Shown: positions 14,314 through 30,917 of the stretch, in pieces
Numbering within the stretch: position 1 is the first letter of the stretch
Layout of the letters: each line of letters begins with the position of its first letter
Assembly: GCF_009914755.1 (NCBI RefSeq)
Contig: NC_060938.1
Reading direction: 5' to 3' (one strand)
DNA: 64,000 nucleotides
Origin: the human T2T-CHM13v2.0 reference genome, Homo sapiens
Notes under the pieces: generated by a model
What the model saw: the letters and a program-made list of their open reading frames with translations, nothing else
Databases searched by the model: none
What the model was told of the DNA's origin: nothing
Program-made: the position numbers and the translations under genes

Positions 14314-15267
14314 CCCCAATAAGAAACTGTTATGATCTGTGCAGTATTTACTATTGCATATTGTCCTACATGTACACAGTACTTTCATATGCATTAGATC
14401 ACCACGACCCAGAAAGTTATTTTAATCCCAATTTTGTAGAAGATTAACCAAAACTCAGATGAAGCAAATTGCTTTTTTCATCTGTTCTCTTGTCCTCTAT
14501 TTAATTGCTTTTGTAAAATATCTTTCCTCCTTATTTATTTTCCTTTATTAGTACTCTTTGAGGATTACATAGTTATTAGAACTAAAATAAACCAATCAAA
14601 ATCCAAATGAGTTTACATATGATATGTGCTGAAAATTTTACAGTCTGTGATATCCTTGAGGAAGGAATAATTTCATATTAATTTTTATGTTCTCCTTGTT
14701 TGGTACAGTGGACTGTAAATGTTTGTTTAATGAATGAGTTTCATTGTTCTAAAAAAATAGTGTATCCTGTGCATCTGCTTGTAGCATCTCAAGTATATTT
14801 CTAAAATTCTTTTGAAAACTTTTACCATTAAAACTGATAACATCTCTTGAATATTCTTAAAAATTAAACATTGCTCAATAATAAACATCTTTCCATCACT
14901 CCACATTATTGTATAGTATCCCCAAAAACCAATCGTTGCCAGTAATTTGATATATCTTTTGTGATTTCTTCTAAGCACATACATTTTCATCTATGTGTGT
15001 GATATGCTCCTTTTTAAAAATGTAATTTTGCTATATGAATTAATTGTAACATGCTATTTTTTTTCATTTAATATGACATGGACATCTTTCCAAATCACCA
15101 CATACAGAGGCACCTCACAGTTTTCAATGTATGTAGAACTTTACATATTTATTCAACCATTTTAAAGCCAGTGAAAAGAGATATTTAAACAAGATGAAAC
15201 ATTTTCCACTTTGGGCATGCCTGATAATTTCCAGCTTTTTGTTCATTTTCTTAAGAATATGATTATT

Positions 15268-15850
<583 letters not shown>

Positions 15851-17881
15851 TAAAAGGTAGAAAAATAAATTACTATGCCTGTATCTGGACTTTTATTTTT
15901 CATTCAAGTAATTGTAAAAATACTACTCTACAAAGATGGCATTCCTTTCCTAATAGAACTATTTTCTAAAAGATAGCACATCATATGGCATCTGGCTCTC
16001 TGCTTGTATAGGAAAATGTGAACGCAGTATTTAAAAGAAAAATTAGGAGAGTTGGTGTATGATATACAGAAGTTAAGAACTGCTTATCAGTATATTATGA
16101 ATGCTATCTTAGATCAAGTGGTCTAGAAACAGGTTAGAGTCCAAGATTCTTGTGAATTAATCAATTGAGGGTTGCACTCAAGAAATGTTGTAAAGAAGTG
16201 TTAGAAGGCAGATGGAAAAAGGGAAGTAGCTCAGTAAAATGTGTTTTAGCTGAATTCTAGCCTTAGCTGGGTTCTAGAAGAAGCTGTGGAGTTAGCAGTA
16301 TCTCCAAAAGTTATGCTGTATACTTCCTTACTTCTCACCCCATACAGAGAAGGATGTACCTCCCTCCTCCTCCCCACCCCGCACCGGCATCTCCTACCCA
16401 GGCAGCTCCATTAGCTAAAGGCAATTCCTAGAAGAGAGGAGCCTTCTAAGAATTATCCTAATTTGCTTAGGATAATGGCCTCTATCCACAGCCATATTGC
16501 TGCAAAAGGAAGTGACTTGATTCTTTTTTATGGCTGCGTAGTATTCCATGGTGTATACGTACCTCATTTCCTTTATCCAATTTACCATTGATGGGCACCT
16601 AGATTGATTCTGCATCTTTGCTATTGTTGATAGTGTTGCAATGAACGTAAGAATGTATGTGTATTTTTGGTAGAACAATTTATTTTCTTTTGGATTTATA
16701 CCTAGTAATGGGATTGGTAGGTCAAATGGTAGTTCTGTTTCTTTGAGAAATCTCCAACTGCTTTCCACAGTGACTGAACTAACTTGCATTTCAACAGTGT
16801 ATAAGCATTCCCTTTTCTCCTCAGCTTTGCCAGCATCTCTTGTTTTTTGACTTTTTAATAATAGTAATTCTGACTGGTGTGAGATGGTGGTTCTGATTTG
16901 GATTTCTTTGATGATTCGTGTTGTTGAGCATTTTTTCACACTTGTTTGCTCCTTGTATGTCTTATTTTGAGGAGCATCTGTTCTTATCTTTTGCCCACTT
17001 TTTAATGGGGTTGTTTTTTGCTTATTGAATTAAGTTATAGATTCTGGGTACTAGACCTTTGTTGGATGCATAGTTTGTGAATAGTTTCTCCCATCCTGTA
17101 GGTTGTCAGTTTACTCTGTTCACAACTTCTTTTCCTGTGTAGAAGCTCTTCAGTTTAATTAGGTCTCACTTGTCAGTTTTTGGTTTTGTTGCAATTGCTT
17201 TTAGGACTTAGTCATAAATTATTTCCCAAGGCTGATGTCCAACATGGTGTTTCCTAGATTTTCTTCTAGGATTCTTATATTTTAAGGTCTTACATTTAAA
17301 TCTTTAATCCATTCCATCTTGAGTTAATATTTGTATATGGTGAAAGATAGGAGTCTGGTTTCATTCTTCTGCATATGGCTAGCCAGCTACCCTAGCACCA
17401 TTTATTGAATAGGGAGTCCTTTCTCCATTGTGTATTTTTTGACAACTTTGTTGAAGCTCAGATGGCTGTAGGTGTACAGCTTTATTTCTGGGTTCTTCAT
17501 TCTGTTCCATTGGTCTGTATGTCTGTCTTTTACCAGTACCGTGCTATTTTGGTCACTGTAGCCTTATAATTTGAAGTCAGGTAATGTGATTCCTCTGGCT
17601 TTGTTCTTTTTACTTATAATTGTTTTGGCTGTTCAGGCTCTTTTTTTGCTTCTATAAAATTTTAGGAGTTTTTTCTAATTCTGTGAAAAAATACATTGGT
17701 AGCTTGATAGGAATGGCATCGAAGCTGTAGATTGCCTTGGGCAGTATGGCTGTTTTAACAGTATTGATTCATCCAGTCCATAAGCATGGAATGTTTTTCC
17801 ATTTGTGTCATGTCTGATTTCCTTCAGCAGTGTTTTGTAGTTCTCTTTGTAGAGATCTTTGGCCTCCTTGGTTAGATGTAT

Positions 17882-17883
<2 letters not shown>

Positions 17884-17942
<59 letters not shown>
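17884..17942. repeat. (GT)n(GA)n compound microsatellite
   Basis: Seen directly in the sequence. Confidence 0.95.
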
Positions 17943-17943
<1 letters not shown>

Positions 17944-18394
17944 ACATTGTAGATGGGATTGCATTATTGATTTGGTTTTCGGCTTGAATATTATTGGTTA
18001 ATAGAAATGCTACTGATTTTAGTATGCTGATTTTGTATGCTGAAACTTGAAGTCATTTATCAGTTCCAGGAGCTTTTTGGCAGAGTCTTCTGGGTTCCCT
18101 AGGTATAGAATCATATCAGCAGCAAAGAGAGATACTTTGACTTCTTTTCCGATTTGGATGCCTTTTTTTCCCCGCTGCCTGATTGCTGTGGCTAGGATTT
18201 CTGGTACTGTGTTGAATAGGAGTGGTGAGAGTGGACATCCTTGTTTTGTTCTGGTTCTCAAGGGGGATGCTTCCAGCTTTTCCCCATTCAGTATGAGGGC
18301 TGTGGGTTTGTCATAGATGCTGCATCCTGGAGATTTTGGCATGTTGTATCTCTGTTTTCATTTATTTCAAATAATTTTTTTATTTCTGCTTTAA

Positions 18395-18831
<437 letters not shown>

Positions 18832-20254
18832 TATTTTGATTTTTTAATTTATTGAAACTTGCTTTATGGCCAGGCATGTGGTCGATCATAGGGTATGTTC
18901 TGTGTGCAGATAAAAATAATGTATAGTCTGTGGTTGATGGGTGGAGTATTCTGTAGGTGTCTATTAGATCCAATTGGCCAAGTGTCAAACTTAAGTCCAG
19001 AGTTTCTTTGTTAGTTTTTTGCCTCAGTGATCTAACACTGTCAGTGGGGTATTGAAGTCCCGTACTATTACTATGTGGCTAAGTCTTTTTGTAGGCCAGT
19101 AAAACCTTGTTTTATGAATCTGGGTGCTCCAATGTTGGGTGCATATATATGTAGGATAGTTATGTCTTCTTGTTAAATTGAACTTTCTATCATTAGGTAA
19201 TGACCTTTTGTTTCCATTTTTACTGTTGTTAAAGTCTATTTTATCTGATATAGGAATAGTGACCCCTGCTCTTTTTGTTTGTTTGCATGATAAATCTTTC
19301 TCCAGCCCTTTACTTTGCACCTATGAGTGTCATTGCATGTGAGATGGGTCTCTTGAAGAGACCAGACAAATGGATCTTTTTTTTTTAATCTACCTTGCAA
19401 CTCTGTGTCTTTTAAGTGGGGTGTTTAGACCATTTACATTCAAGGTTAATATTGATATGTGAGGTTTTGGTCCTATTAGGAAGTTGTTGGTCCTATCATG
19501 AAGGTCCTATCATGTATCATGAATGGTTGCTTCGTAGTTCTACTGTATGGTTGCTTTATAGGGTCTGTGGGCTGTGTTCTTAAGTGTGTTTTTGTGGTAG
19601 CAGGTATTATTTTTTTGTTTCCATGTTTAGAACTCCCTTAAGGATCTCTTATAAGGCTGGTTAAGTGGTAACAAACTTCCTTAGCACTTGCTTGTCTGGA
19701 AAAGATTTTATTTCTCTTTCACTTATGAAGCTTAGTTTGGCAGGATATGAAATTCTTGGTTGGAATTTCTTTAAGAATGCTGAAAACAGGCCCCAATCCC
19801 TTCTGGCTTATAAAGTTTCTTCTGAGAAGTTTACTATTAACCTGATGGGGTTCCCTTTTTATGTGATCTGACCTTTTTCTCTAGCTGCCTTTAAGAATTT
19901 TTCTTTAGTGTTGACCTTGGACACCCTGGTGACTGTATGCCTGGTGATGTTCATTTTGTATAGTATCTCACAGCTGTTCTCAGATTTCTTGTATCTGGAT
20001 GTCCACCTTTCTAGCAAGATTAGGGAAATGCTCTTGAGTTATTCCCTCAAATATGTTTTTCAGGTTGTTTACTTTTCCACCTCCTCTCTCAGGAATGTCA
20101 TTAATTGGTAAGTTTGGTTGCTTTACATAATCCCGTATTCCTCAAAGACTCTCTTCATTTCTTTTATTCTTTTTTCTTTATTTTGTCTGACTGAGTTATT
20201 CCAGAATACCAGTCTTCGAGGTCCAAAATCTTCTGCCTGGCATTTACTAACTTC

Positions 20255-20400
20255 CTACACTTAGGAAGCAATTAAGCCTCTTTAAGCTTCAGTTTTTAAA
20301 CATGGAAAATGCAGGTATTATCAACTCAACCTACTTGACAAGATTGTTGTAAAATTCCAGTGAAATAATGTAGAACATTTTACATTATGAAGCATTATTT
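20255..20400 (+). mobile_element. MIR fragment
   Basis: MIR core-like gcctctttaagcttcagttt...gattgttgtaaaatt. Confidence 0.5.
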
Positions 20401-21363
20401 ATGTATACAGTATTATCTCACATATCTCAACCCCCCAGCTAACAGGCTCTATCCTTAAGGATATTCCTTCTTACTCTCCCTCTTCTCCTTTCACATAGCA
20501 CAAATTCTGGTCAGTTGACTTGAGTGCAAATGGATTACTTTACTGGGATACAGAAATTTGTCAGCCTCCCAACTATAAATATGAAAGCAGCCTATCATAT
20601 TTACATTTCTTTAATATACCATTTCAAAACTGCAGATTTGTGTTACAGTTATTTCAGTATATGTCCTGTCCCTGTTAATGTGTAGGTTTGTAATAGGGAG
20701 ATACATTTCATATCTTCTTTGTTTTATCCATGCTGCCTGCCAGACAGTCTTGTACATGGTAGATACTGAATAACTATCAAATGAATAAGTAGTTATTAAG
20801 ACCAAGATACTTTTCAGAGAAAACTTTACCAACTTCTCTAGGACTAGGACCCCAAATCTGTGCTCAGAGCTGCTAGCTTTGAGCTGTATCTTAACTAGGT
20901 GAGAGGCAGGATAAAGTGATATATTAGAACCCATTTTAGAGATACGACTTTATGTGAAAAGTATCTAGTTAAGAAGAAACACAATATAGAGACCTTTTAT
21001 GTAGTTTTAGCCTTCCTTACCTAATAGTGACGTAATCCTTCAACAGAAAAAAAAACATGAATAAAGATATGAAAAACCAACTTGAAAGAGAAAAACAAAA
21101 CACATAAAAACCAGAAATGATGTTTATTCATCTAGAACTTAGAGGAGAGGGTTGGATTGAGGAATTTACAAAAATAGTATAGCAGTAATGAGCTACTTCC
21201 TAACCCAGTTATGACTGAGAATCTATAATTTATCTCTAATAATATTAACATGTGTTGAAATATTCATAATAAACCAGTTTTTAAGAACTTTCACTTAGTA
21301 ACTGTAGAAGTTATCAGTTCTTTTATTTTCCTTTAAAAATTTATATATTATTTTTGTATTTAG

Positions 21364-21603
<240 letters not shown>

Positions 21604-21654
21604 TGAGGTATTTATTTGGTCCAAAACATAGAAGTTGAATAACTTGATCTAAAA

Positions 21655-21939
21655 TTTTTTTTTTTTGAGACAGAGTCTCACTTTGGGCCCAGGCTGGAAT
21701 ACAGTGGCATGATCATGGGCTTACTGCAGGCTCTCGACCTCCCTTTGCTCCACCTCAGCCTATCGAGAAGCTGGGACTACAGACATGCACCACCATGTCC
21801 GGCTAATTTTTGTGTTTTTTGTAGAGACAGGGTTTTGCAATGTTGCCCAGGCTGGTCTCACACTCCTGGCCTCAAGTGATCCACCTGACTCAGCCTCCCA
21901 AAGCTGTACAATTACAGGTGTGAGCCACCACGCCCAGCC
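21655..21939 (-). mobile_element. AluJ
   Basis: Antisense Alu with polyT and imperfect TSD. Confidence 0.85.
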
Positions 21940-22597
21940 TTGATGTAAACTTTTAAAAAGTAATTGAAAGTTTTTTCACAGAAAAAAAATGTGATGACCA
22001 TATTACATTTGTCTTTCTTGTTTATGAGCACTTAATTTTACTTATTTTTTTTTAGTACTTTATTCTGTCCTCTGAAAGTTTCTCATGTGCCATAAAGCCT
22101 TAAAATTTTTGGTTATTTCAGTTTTGACAGTCTTTTATCCATTAAATGGCAGGTCTTATATATTTTATATATGCAATTTGGGCAGCATCTCTTTTTAAAA
22201 AGTCAGCACCATATTGCTAATATAATATGATTCTTAGGTTGCAAAATGATAGCATACCATGTACTTAATAAAGATCAGAAGTTAAATAGTTCATTCTAAC
22301 TTTTGCTTGTTTGTTTTTTTAAACATCTCAGTGCTTTAAGAGGCTTAATTTCTGAAATTTTATTCTGATAGTTTATAGTTATTTTTTAAATTCACATTAA
22401 TCGACCCACAAATGTCATAAACATTCTTTCAACCGTAAATATTTATCTCTCATTTCTATAAAAGATGTCTATAGTCTTATTTATCAGTGCTTTGCCAAGT
22501 TAAAAAACTAAATTGACTTTATTTTACTTGATACTTTAAATACAGAGCATGAAGAAAGAGCTGTGTAGATACTTATTATTTAGCAACCTGCTAATGA

Positions 22598-23044
<447 letters not shown>

Positions 23045-23084
23045 TGAGCCAAGGGATTGTATTATTCAGTGCTGGTGTATTCCT

Positions 23085-23262
23085 GACCCTCTTAATCTAG
23101 GCAGTGTGCATCACCTGGGAAGCTTGTAGAAAAAATTACAGGTGCCATGGTACAATATGAACCCATTATTTCTGAACTTCAAGAAGTAGAATCTGAGCAT
23201 TCTTATCTTCAAAATCTTATTAGATAAATCTGATGTATAACTGGTTAAGAACCATTGCTCCA
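23085..23262. mobile_element. MER5-type MITE (degraded)
   Basis: catcacctgggaagcttgtaga...ggttaagaaccattg. Confidence 0.5.
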
Positions 23263-24020
23263 TTACTTGGTAGAATCTTGGAAAATTCCCTTTATTTGTT
23301 TAATTTTTTTAACTTTCTGTTGTATATTACCACTATTAGAATATTTGAATATTTGTTCTGTACAAACGGGAAGTTAAGAGAAAAACATAACATGCAAGTT
23401 GATTACTTTGTCTAGTTTACCATTCTGTTCCAACACTAGGGGGAGCACTCTGTACACATTGAAACTTGATGGCAATGCAGAGATACTACTGCCTTTTTAA
23501 CAATACATTCTCACTCAGATCTGAAATCTACAGTGTTTTCAAATATTCACATGATTTTTTTTCTCTGTCTTTTGTCTAGTAAATTATGTCTGGTGTAGGA
23601 ACATCATAGTTTGGATGATGAAGAAATATTGCAGAACATAAGGGTTGTTCAGATTCTTAAATATAGCTTAAGAAAACCAAATCTGGCAATTAAAGCAGCA
23701 AACTCTCAAATGTTCAATCTCCGCCCAAACAGAAGGCACAATATAAGTCAGGGGAGTGTTCAAAGAAATTTTCTTTCCAAAAAAGATCTAATATGCTGGA
23801 ATTACCGTAAAGAGATTCTTTCCCCCTAAGAAAAATGGCATAGAGTGCCCAATTGTCCTCGTTTGCTTAGTCACTCTCCATTTTTTAAAAATAGGAAAAA
23901 TGATTTCAGCACCTCTCTTCAAGTACACTATATTAACAGTATAAATAAATTAGGTTTTCAGGGGTTACATACTTCAGAGTCACTGAACAGACATTGGCAC
24001 TGGTAAGAATTCTGTTTCCA

Positions 24021-24309
24021 GGCCCGGCGCTGTGGCTCACACTGGGTAATCCCAGCACTTTGGGAAGCTGAGGTGGGCAGATCATAAGGTCAAGAGATTG
24101 AGACCATCCTGGCTAACATGATGAAACCCCATCTCTACTAAAAATACAAAATTAGCTGGACATGGTAGTGGGCGCCTGTAGTCCCAGCTACTCAGGAGGC
24201 TGAGGCAGGAAAATCGTTTGAACTTGGAGGTGGAGGTTGCAGTGAGCCGAGATTGTGCCACTGCACTCCAGCCTGGTGACAGCGAGACTCCGTCTCAAAA
24301 AAAAAAAAA
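24021..24309 (+). mobile_element. AluSc-like
   Basis: aggtcaagagattgagaccatcc; imperfect TSD aattc..tttcca. Confidence 0.85.
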
Positions 24310-24564
24310 TTCCATTTCCAGCTGTGATCTTAATGGTACAACTGAGTTATATACAGTTCTTTATTATGGTGCAGGACAGATAATAGAGCATATGAAAGAT
24401 TTGAGGCAGTGAATATGACGGGTATAGTTCTTAAGCCACTCTTTGAAAACGTAATGAGTTTTTTTGTTCCTAATATTGATTGCACCATAAAGACTTTAAA
24501 AGGTGAACATTAGTAGCATTTGCAGTTCAGAATAGCTGGAAAAAGAATAAAATACCCATTTTGA

Positions 24565-24870
<306 letters not shown>

Positions 24871-24927
24871 TAGTATATGTGTATAAAGAGGATTACATGT
24901 GGTCCACTTGGAAATTCAGAAATAGAA

Positions 24928-25214
24928 TTTTTTTTTTTTTTTGAGATGGAGTCTTGCTCTGGCTGGAGTGCAGTGTCACAGTCTCGGCTCACTGCAAGCT
25001 CCGCCTCCCGGGTTCATGCCATTCTTCTGCCTCAGCCTCCTGAGTAGCTGGGACTAAGGCCCCTGCCACCACGCCCGGCTATTTTTTTGCATTTTTAGTA
25101 GAGACAGGGTTTCACCATGTTAGCCAGGATGTTCTCCATCTCCTGACCTCATGATCTGCCCGTCTCGGCCTCCCAAAGTGCTGGGATTACAGGCGTGAGC
25201 CACCACACCCAGCC
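24928..25214 (-). mobile_element. AluY
   Basis: Antisense Alu; TSD cagaaata(g/t)aatttt. Confidence 0.88.
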
Positions 25215-25355
25215 CAGAAATATAATTTTTTTTATTCCAAGTTGTACATTATTCCATTTGTTCATATTATTTTATATATATAAATATATATTTTATATAT
25301 TTGTATATATACTTTTAAAACTTGATAATTCAACATAAACATTTTAATATATTAA

Positions 25356-25691
<336 letters not shown>

Positions 25692-26687
25692 GAAAATATA
25701 ATTTTTAAAGGCTAACAATATTTAACTATTATAATTAACTTCTCCCCTGTTGGACAATTACTTGGTTTTTCTTCTAACAATGTTGTAATAGTCTTTGTAT
25801 ATAAGTCTTTATAATCATTTATTATTTTCATAGGTTAGAGACTTTAAAAATGAAATCACTAGGCCAAAGCCTATGAGAATAAGACTCTTGATATATAATG
25901 CCAAAAATCTTTCCAGAAAGGTTTTTTTTTTTTTTTAAACCAGTTGGTACTCTCACCAGTCCTATCAACCTTCCCAGCTTTGAAGATTGTCAGTTCCTGC
26001 CTCTGCTCCTTGCTTGCTCCAGTGGGGGCAGGAGAAGGGGTGGTCTTTAATTTTATTCTTTTAATTTGCATTACTCTGATACCTAAGAATGGAAGTTTTT
26101 AATGAATTTATCAGCAGCTCCTCTTTCTAAAGTGCCTAGTTACATCTTTTGCCTATTTTTCTATTTGGTTATCTTTTTCTTACTGATTTGTGTTTTATAT
26201 TCTGGATTTGAGCTCTTTCAGTTTTCTGTACCACAAATATCTTTTCCCATTCTGTCCCTTGTCTTTTCATTCTCTTACTGTGAAGAGTTACTTGCCTTCT
26301 TCTGATGAGAAGTCCTTAGTTTTAGTGAGAACAACTTACTATTCATTTATTTTATCATTAGTACTTTTTATGTCCTAATTAAGAAAATTTTCCCTGTCCC
26401 TAGGCCCTCAAAGTATGCTTTTATTAATTTCCCTTTGACATGAGATCTACAATCCACCTGGTGTGCAGAAGGAATCAGGTCTCAACTGTCTCCATATGGC
26501 TGGGCAGTTGATCCAGCCATATGAAGAAGTTGATCCTCTCCCCAACTGCCCCCCTGACTGCTTCACGTGAATCAAATAAAGTTCTAAGACATTTACTTAA
26601 ATGTAAAGACATTTATTAAATTTAAATATATATATTTTCAATGGGATTCAAGTGAAGAGACCTGATAGATCAACATTTTGGATGTTC

Positions 26688-27825
26688 AGAAATACGTATC
26701 TGAGATCTGTTTTCTTTTGTGGTTTTTGTAATTTTTTTTTTATTTGCTGAAGTTTTTTAAAGTTCAAATTCTGTGGCATATGAAAGACATAATGAATAAT
26801 TAAATATTTTTTATTTAGGTGAAAACCTAAAACTTTCAGTGTTCTTTAAATGTACTTTTTGTTCTTACCTTGATTAGCTCTTTTTATTTTTAGGTAAAAA
26901 GTACATGTAGCTATGTTTCAATGTAATTAATTTTACATTACTCTTATGAGTCAAGAAAAAGACAAGTCTGAAGAATCATATCAAGCCACTTGAAAAAGGA
27001 TGCAGAAGAACCTGCTTTTCAGTGCCACTGATCATTCCGATTTAGTAGTGATCCCCAAATGTATATGAAAATTACAGCGTGGTATTCACTGTCTCTCTAT
27101 AGACAGTGTAGCTTTTCCTTGGTAGAAGTTGAAAGGGCAGTAATACTATACTTTGAGAAATAGTAGTTATAGAGCTTGCCACATAGTAGGGCCTTAATAA
27201 ATATTTCTTTTTAACTGGCAAAAATTATATATATTTATGGTATACAACATCATGTTTTGATATGTGAATATATTGTGAAATGATTAAATTAAGCTAGTTA
27301 ACCTATCCATCACCTCATATACTTCTTTGTGATAAGAATGTTTTAGAGCTACTCAACAATTTTTAAGCATACAACACATTATTATTAACTCTAGTCCCCA
27401 GGCTGTACAGTAGACCTCCAGAGCTTGTTCCTCTTGACTCAGTGGAACTCTGTACCCTTTGACCAACACCTCCTCTTCCCCAGCCCCTGGCAACCACCAT
27501 TCTACTCTCTGCTTCTGTGAGTTCGGGGTTTTCAGATTCCACAAGTGAGATCATGCAGTGTTTCTTAGTAAATCCTTCTGACTGTCTCATTTCCGTGAGA
27601 TATTTCATTTCTGATATATTATGGAAGTATTCTTGTTATTTTAAAATGCTTCTGTGAAACATATTTTAGGATTTATCCCAACCTTAAGTCCTGATATTTG
27701 CTGTAAAATATTTAATTATTAATTGTCTTTCATATGCCACAGAATTTGAACTTTAAAAAACTTTAGCAAATAAAAAATATATTACAAGAACCACAAAAGA
27801 AAATAGATCTCAGATACGTATTTCT
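26688..27825. repeat. Long inverted repeat: arms 26688-26810 and 27705-27825, ~93% identical, spacer 894 bp
   Basis: Manual reverse-complement alignment gives 6 substitutions plus a 2-nt gap over ~123 nt. Confidence 0.92.
27205..27570 (-). mobile_element. L1MA-type 3' end fragment, preceded by a short L2 tail remnant (~27170-27204)
   Basis: tttatggtatacaacat...cagcccctggcaaccaccattctactctctgcttctgtgagtt. Confidence 0.8.
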
Positions 27826-27955
27826 TTTTCTTAACTTTAAAAGTTTTAGGCATAAACGTTAAGTTCTGTCAGTTCACCAATTAATTGCTTAGGGGAAAAA
27901 GTCTTAGAAACTGCAAAACAGAAGTATTGTGTCTGAGTCATTCTACTTTGAGTGA

Positions 27956-28489
<534 letters not shown>

Positions 28490-28825
28490 TGAAGGACTGT
28501 TGTGAATACACACCTTATCTTAGTCTCAGGACTAGAATATTTTTGAATGTTGGGGAAAAATTTCTTCAAACTTAAAAACTGAAAGCAAACAGTTTTTGTG
28601 ATGGTGATATATGTTCCTTGTTCAGCCACTGTCTCATGGACATTGCAGTGAGGTCTACCAGAGGGCTGAAAAGAATTCAAGATGTAGCTCTTAAGATTTT
28701 TTTTTTATTCCATTATAGGAATTTAAAAAGTAATTCCTCTCTGTGAAAAGCATTTTGTTTGAGATTACATAATTTTTCATCATCAAGAAAAAAATGAATT
28801 GGAAATGTTTTTATTTACCATGTAG

Positions 28826-29062
<237 letters not shown>

Positions 29063-29168
29063 TAATTTTCAGACAAAATTGCTACTACTAATCCTAGGTA
29101 GGGGTAAGAGTTTGTGAGTATATTCCAGGTCTCCAGTGCTAACTTCTTGTTTTATTCTGAATCATTAG

Positions 29169-29309
<141 letters not shown>

Positions 29310-29500
29310 GCCAGTGTTTATTATAAAGACATTTCTTTTTCCCTCTCAATTCCAAGGCATTGGAAAAAGAGAGGAACAAGCAGAAGATGCCTGCAGGTAT
29401 CACTTTGATCCTATGTGGGAGCGACTGAAAATAGAATGAGCTTGGTTAAGCACCTCTCCTTTGCCCTTCACCCTGACTCCTGTCACTGTCTCCATCCCCA

Positions 29501-29506
29501 AATAAA
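29501..29506 (+). terminator. Candidate proximal polyadenylation signal
   Basis: AATAAA ~190 nt after the stop, followed by a U-rich run. Confidence 0.4.
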
Positions 29507-30769
29507 GCTGAAATATTTTTTTAAGTTAGCTGCCGAGAAAACATTTTGCATGAAGGATAAAGTTCTGTTAAAATACATCCTTAAAAAAAGTTTTTCCTAT
29601 GCATTGCCTATGCTTTAAATCAACAAACTCTTCATTTCTAAACTATGATCTCATATTTTTCTAATTTCTTTGCCAAAAATAATTGCCATGTTTTGTCATA
29701 GAACATGAAATTCATTTACCTTGATTTTTAAGAACAGACCAGTGTAGAAATGTTCCTTTTGACTTATAGCAGTATAAAAGTTTAATGTACAGTGAAAGAG
29801 ACTATGAACAGACATAGATTTATCTTATTCCTTGAGCGCTAAAAACTTTAATAAAAAAAACTGCACTAATTTTTTACAGCAATGCACTAAAGTCTGAGAT
29901 TTCTCAGAACATTTATTTATATATAAAAATAAAATACCATTATTTAAATTGCCTTTGGGATTAGCCCCTTCCCTTTCCTTATAAACACAGGTAGCAGGAA
30001 CTGTGCTGCTCATTTTTCTGTTAGTAGTGTGTACTTCATGCCAGGACATTGGGTATTTTCTTTAAAGTGAATATAGAATCTCAAGATATACGTAGCTTCA
30101 TCATTGACATTTCCCAGAGCCAATAGTCAGCGGATCAGTCTTGTGAACACCACTGCCAGCTCCTGTGTCTACATCTCAGAGGAGCCCATGTGCTCTGCTT
30201 CTCTCCACCAGAGCAAGCTCTGCTGGGCGTGCTTCTGGGAAGAAAACAATTTTCTTTAAGAAGAAGATGAATGTCCAGGAATTTAAAGAAAGGATCGATT
30301 GCCTTTTATTTATGAGTTTCTAGCTCTTGAAGTTATTCACATGCAGTTCAGTTAGTCAAGTAAAATTTTTTTTCAAATAAAAGTATCCAAGTGGTGCAGT
30401 TATTATTATATCCCTCTTTAATAATTTTGCTTTTTATTTTTCCCCTCTTCTTTTTCTGTTACTTGAATTTTATTTCCTGTAATTTATAGTGTGTAGCTGT
30501 AAATTGAAATATTTATAACTGTGAAATTGACTTAATTCATATGTTGTCTCATAACTTTATTTTTTTTAAATGCATATTCAGGGAAATATATTACTCATAT
30601 TTACAATTGGGCGATATAGGAACTTCAATTTAGATTTAATTTGCAACTCTTAGCATTTTTTAAATCCTTGATAAAATTTTCCCTTTTGGTGTGAAACTCC
30701 AAAGAAAATTGTACATCTCCTCTGAGCATTTAGGAGCAGCCATCTTTCTACCCCTTGTGAATAAATCAT

Positions 30770-30917
30770 TGAAAGAAACAGGTAAAATTAATTTTAATGA
30801 TACATTTTGTTTCACCCAGTATAGTCAAAGTATTACTATTTCATCATATGTCACTAGCCATATTTCAAGTACTCAATAGCTACATGTACCTAGTGGCTAC
30901 TGTATTAGACAGTACAG
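30770..30917. mobile_element. MER3/MER33-type hAT fragment in the 3' UTR
   Basis: cactagccatatttcaagtactcaatagctacatgtacctagtggctactgtattagacag. Confidence 0.75.

Noticed and set aside
19468-19525. Short tandem duplications of ggtcctatcatg
   Set aside because: Local slippage in a dead L1; no functional implication.
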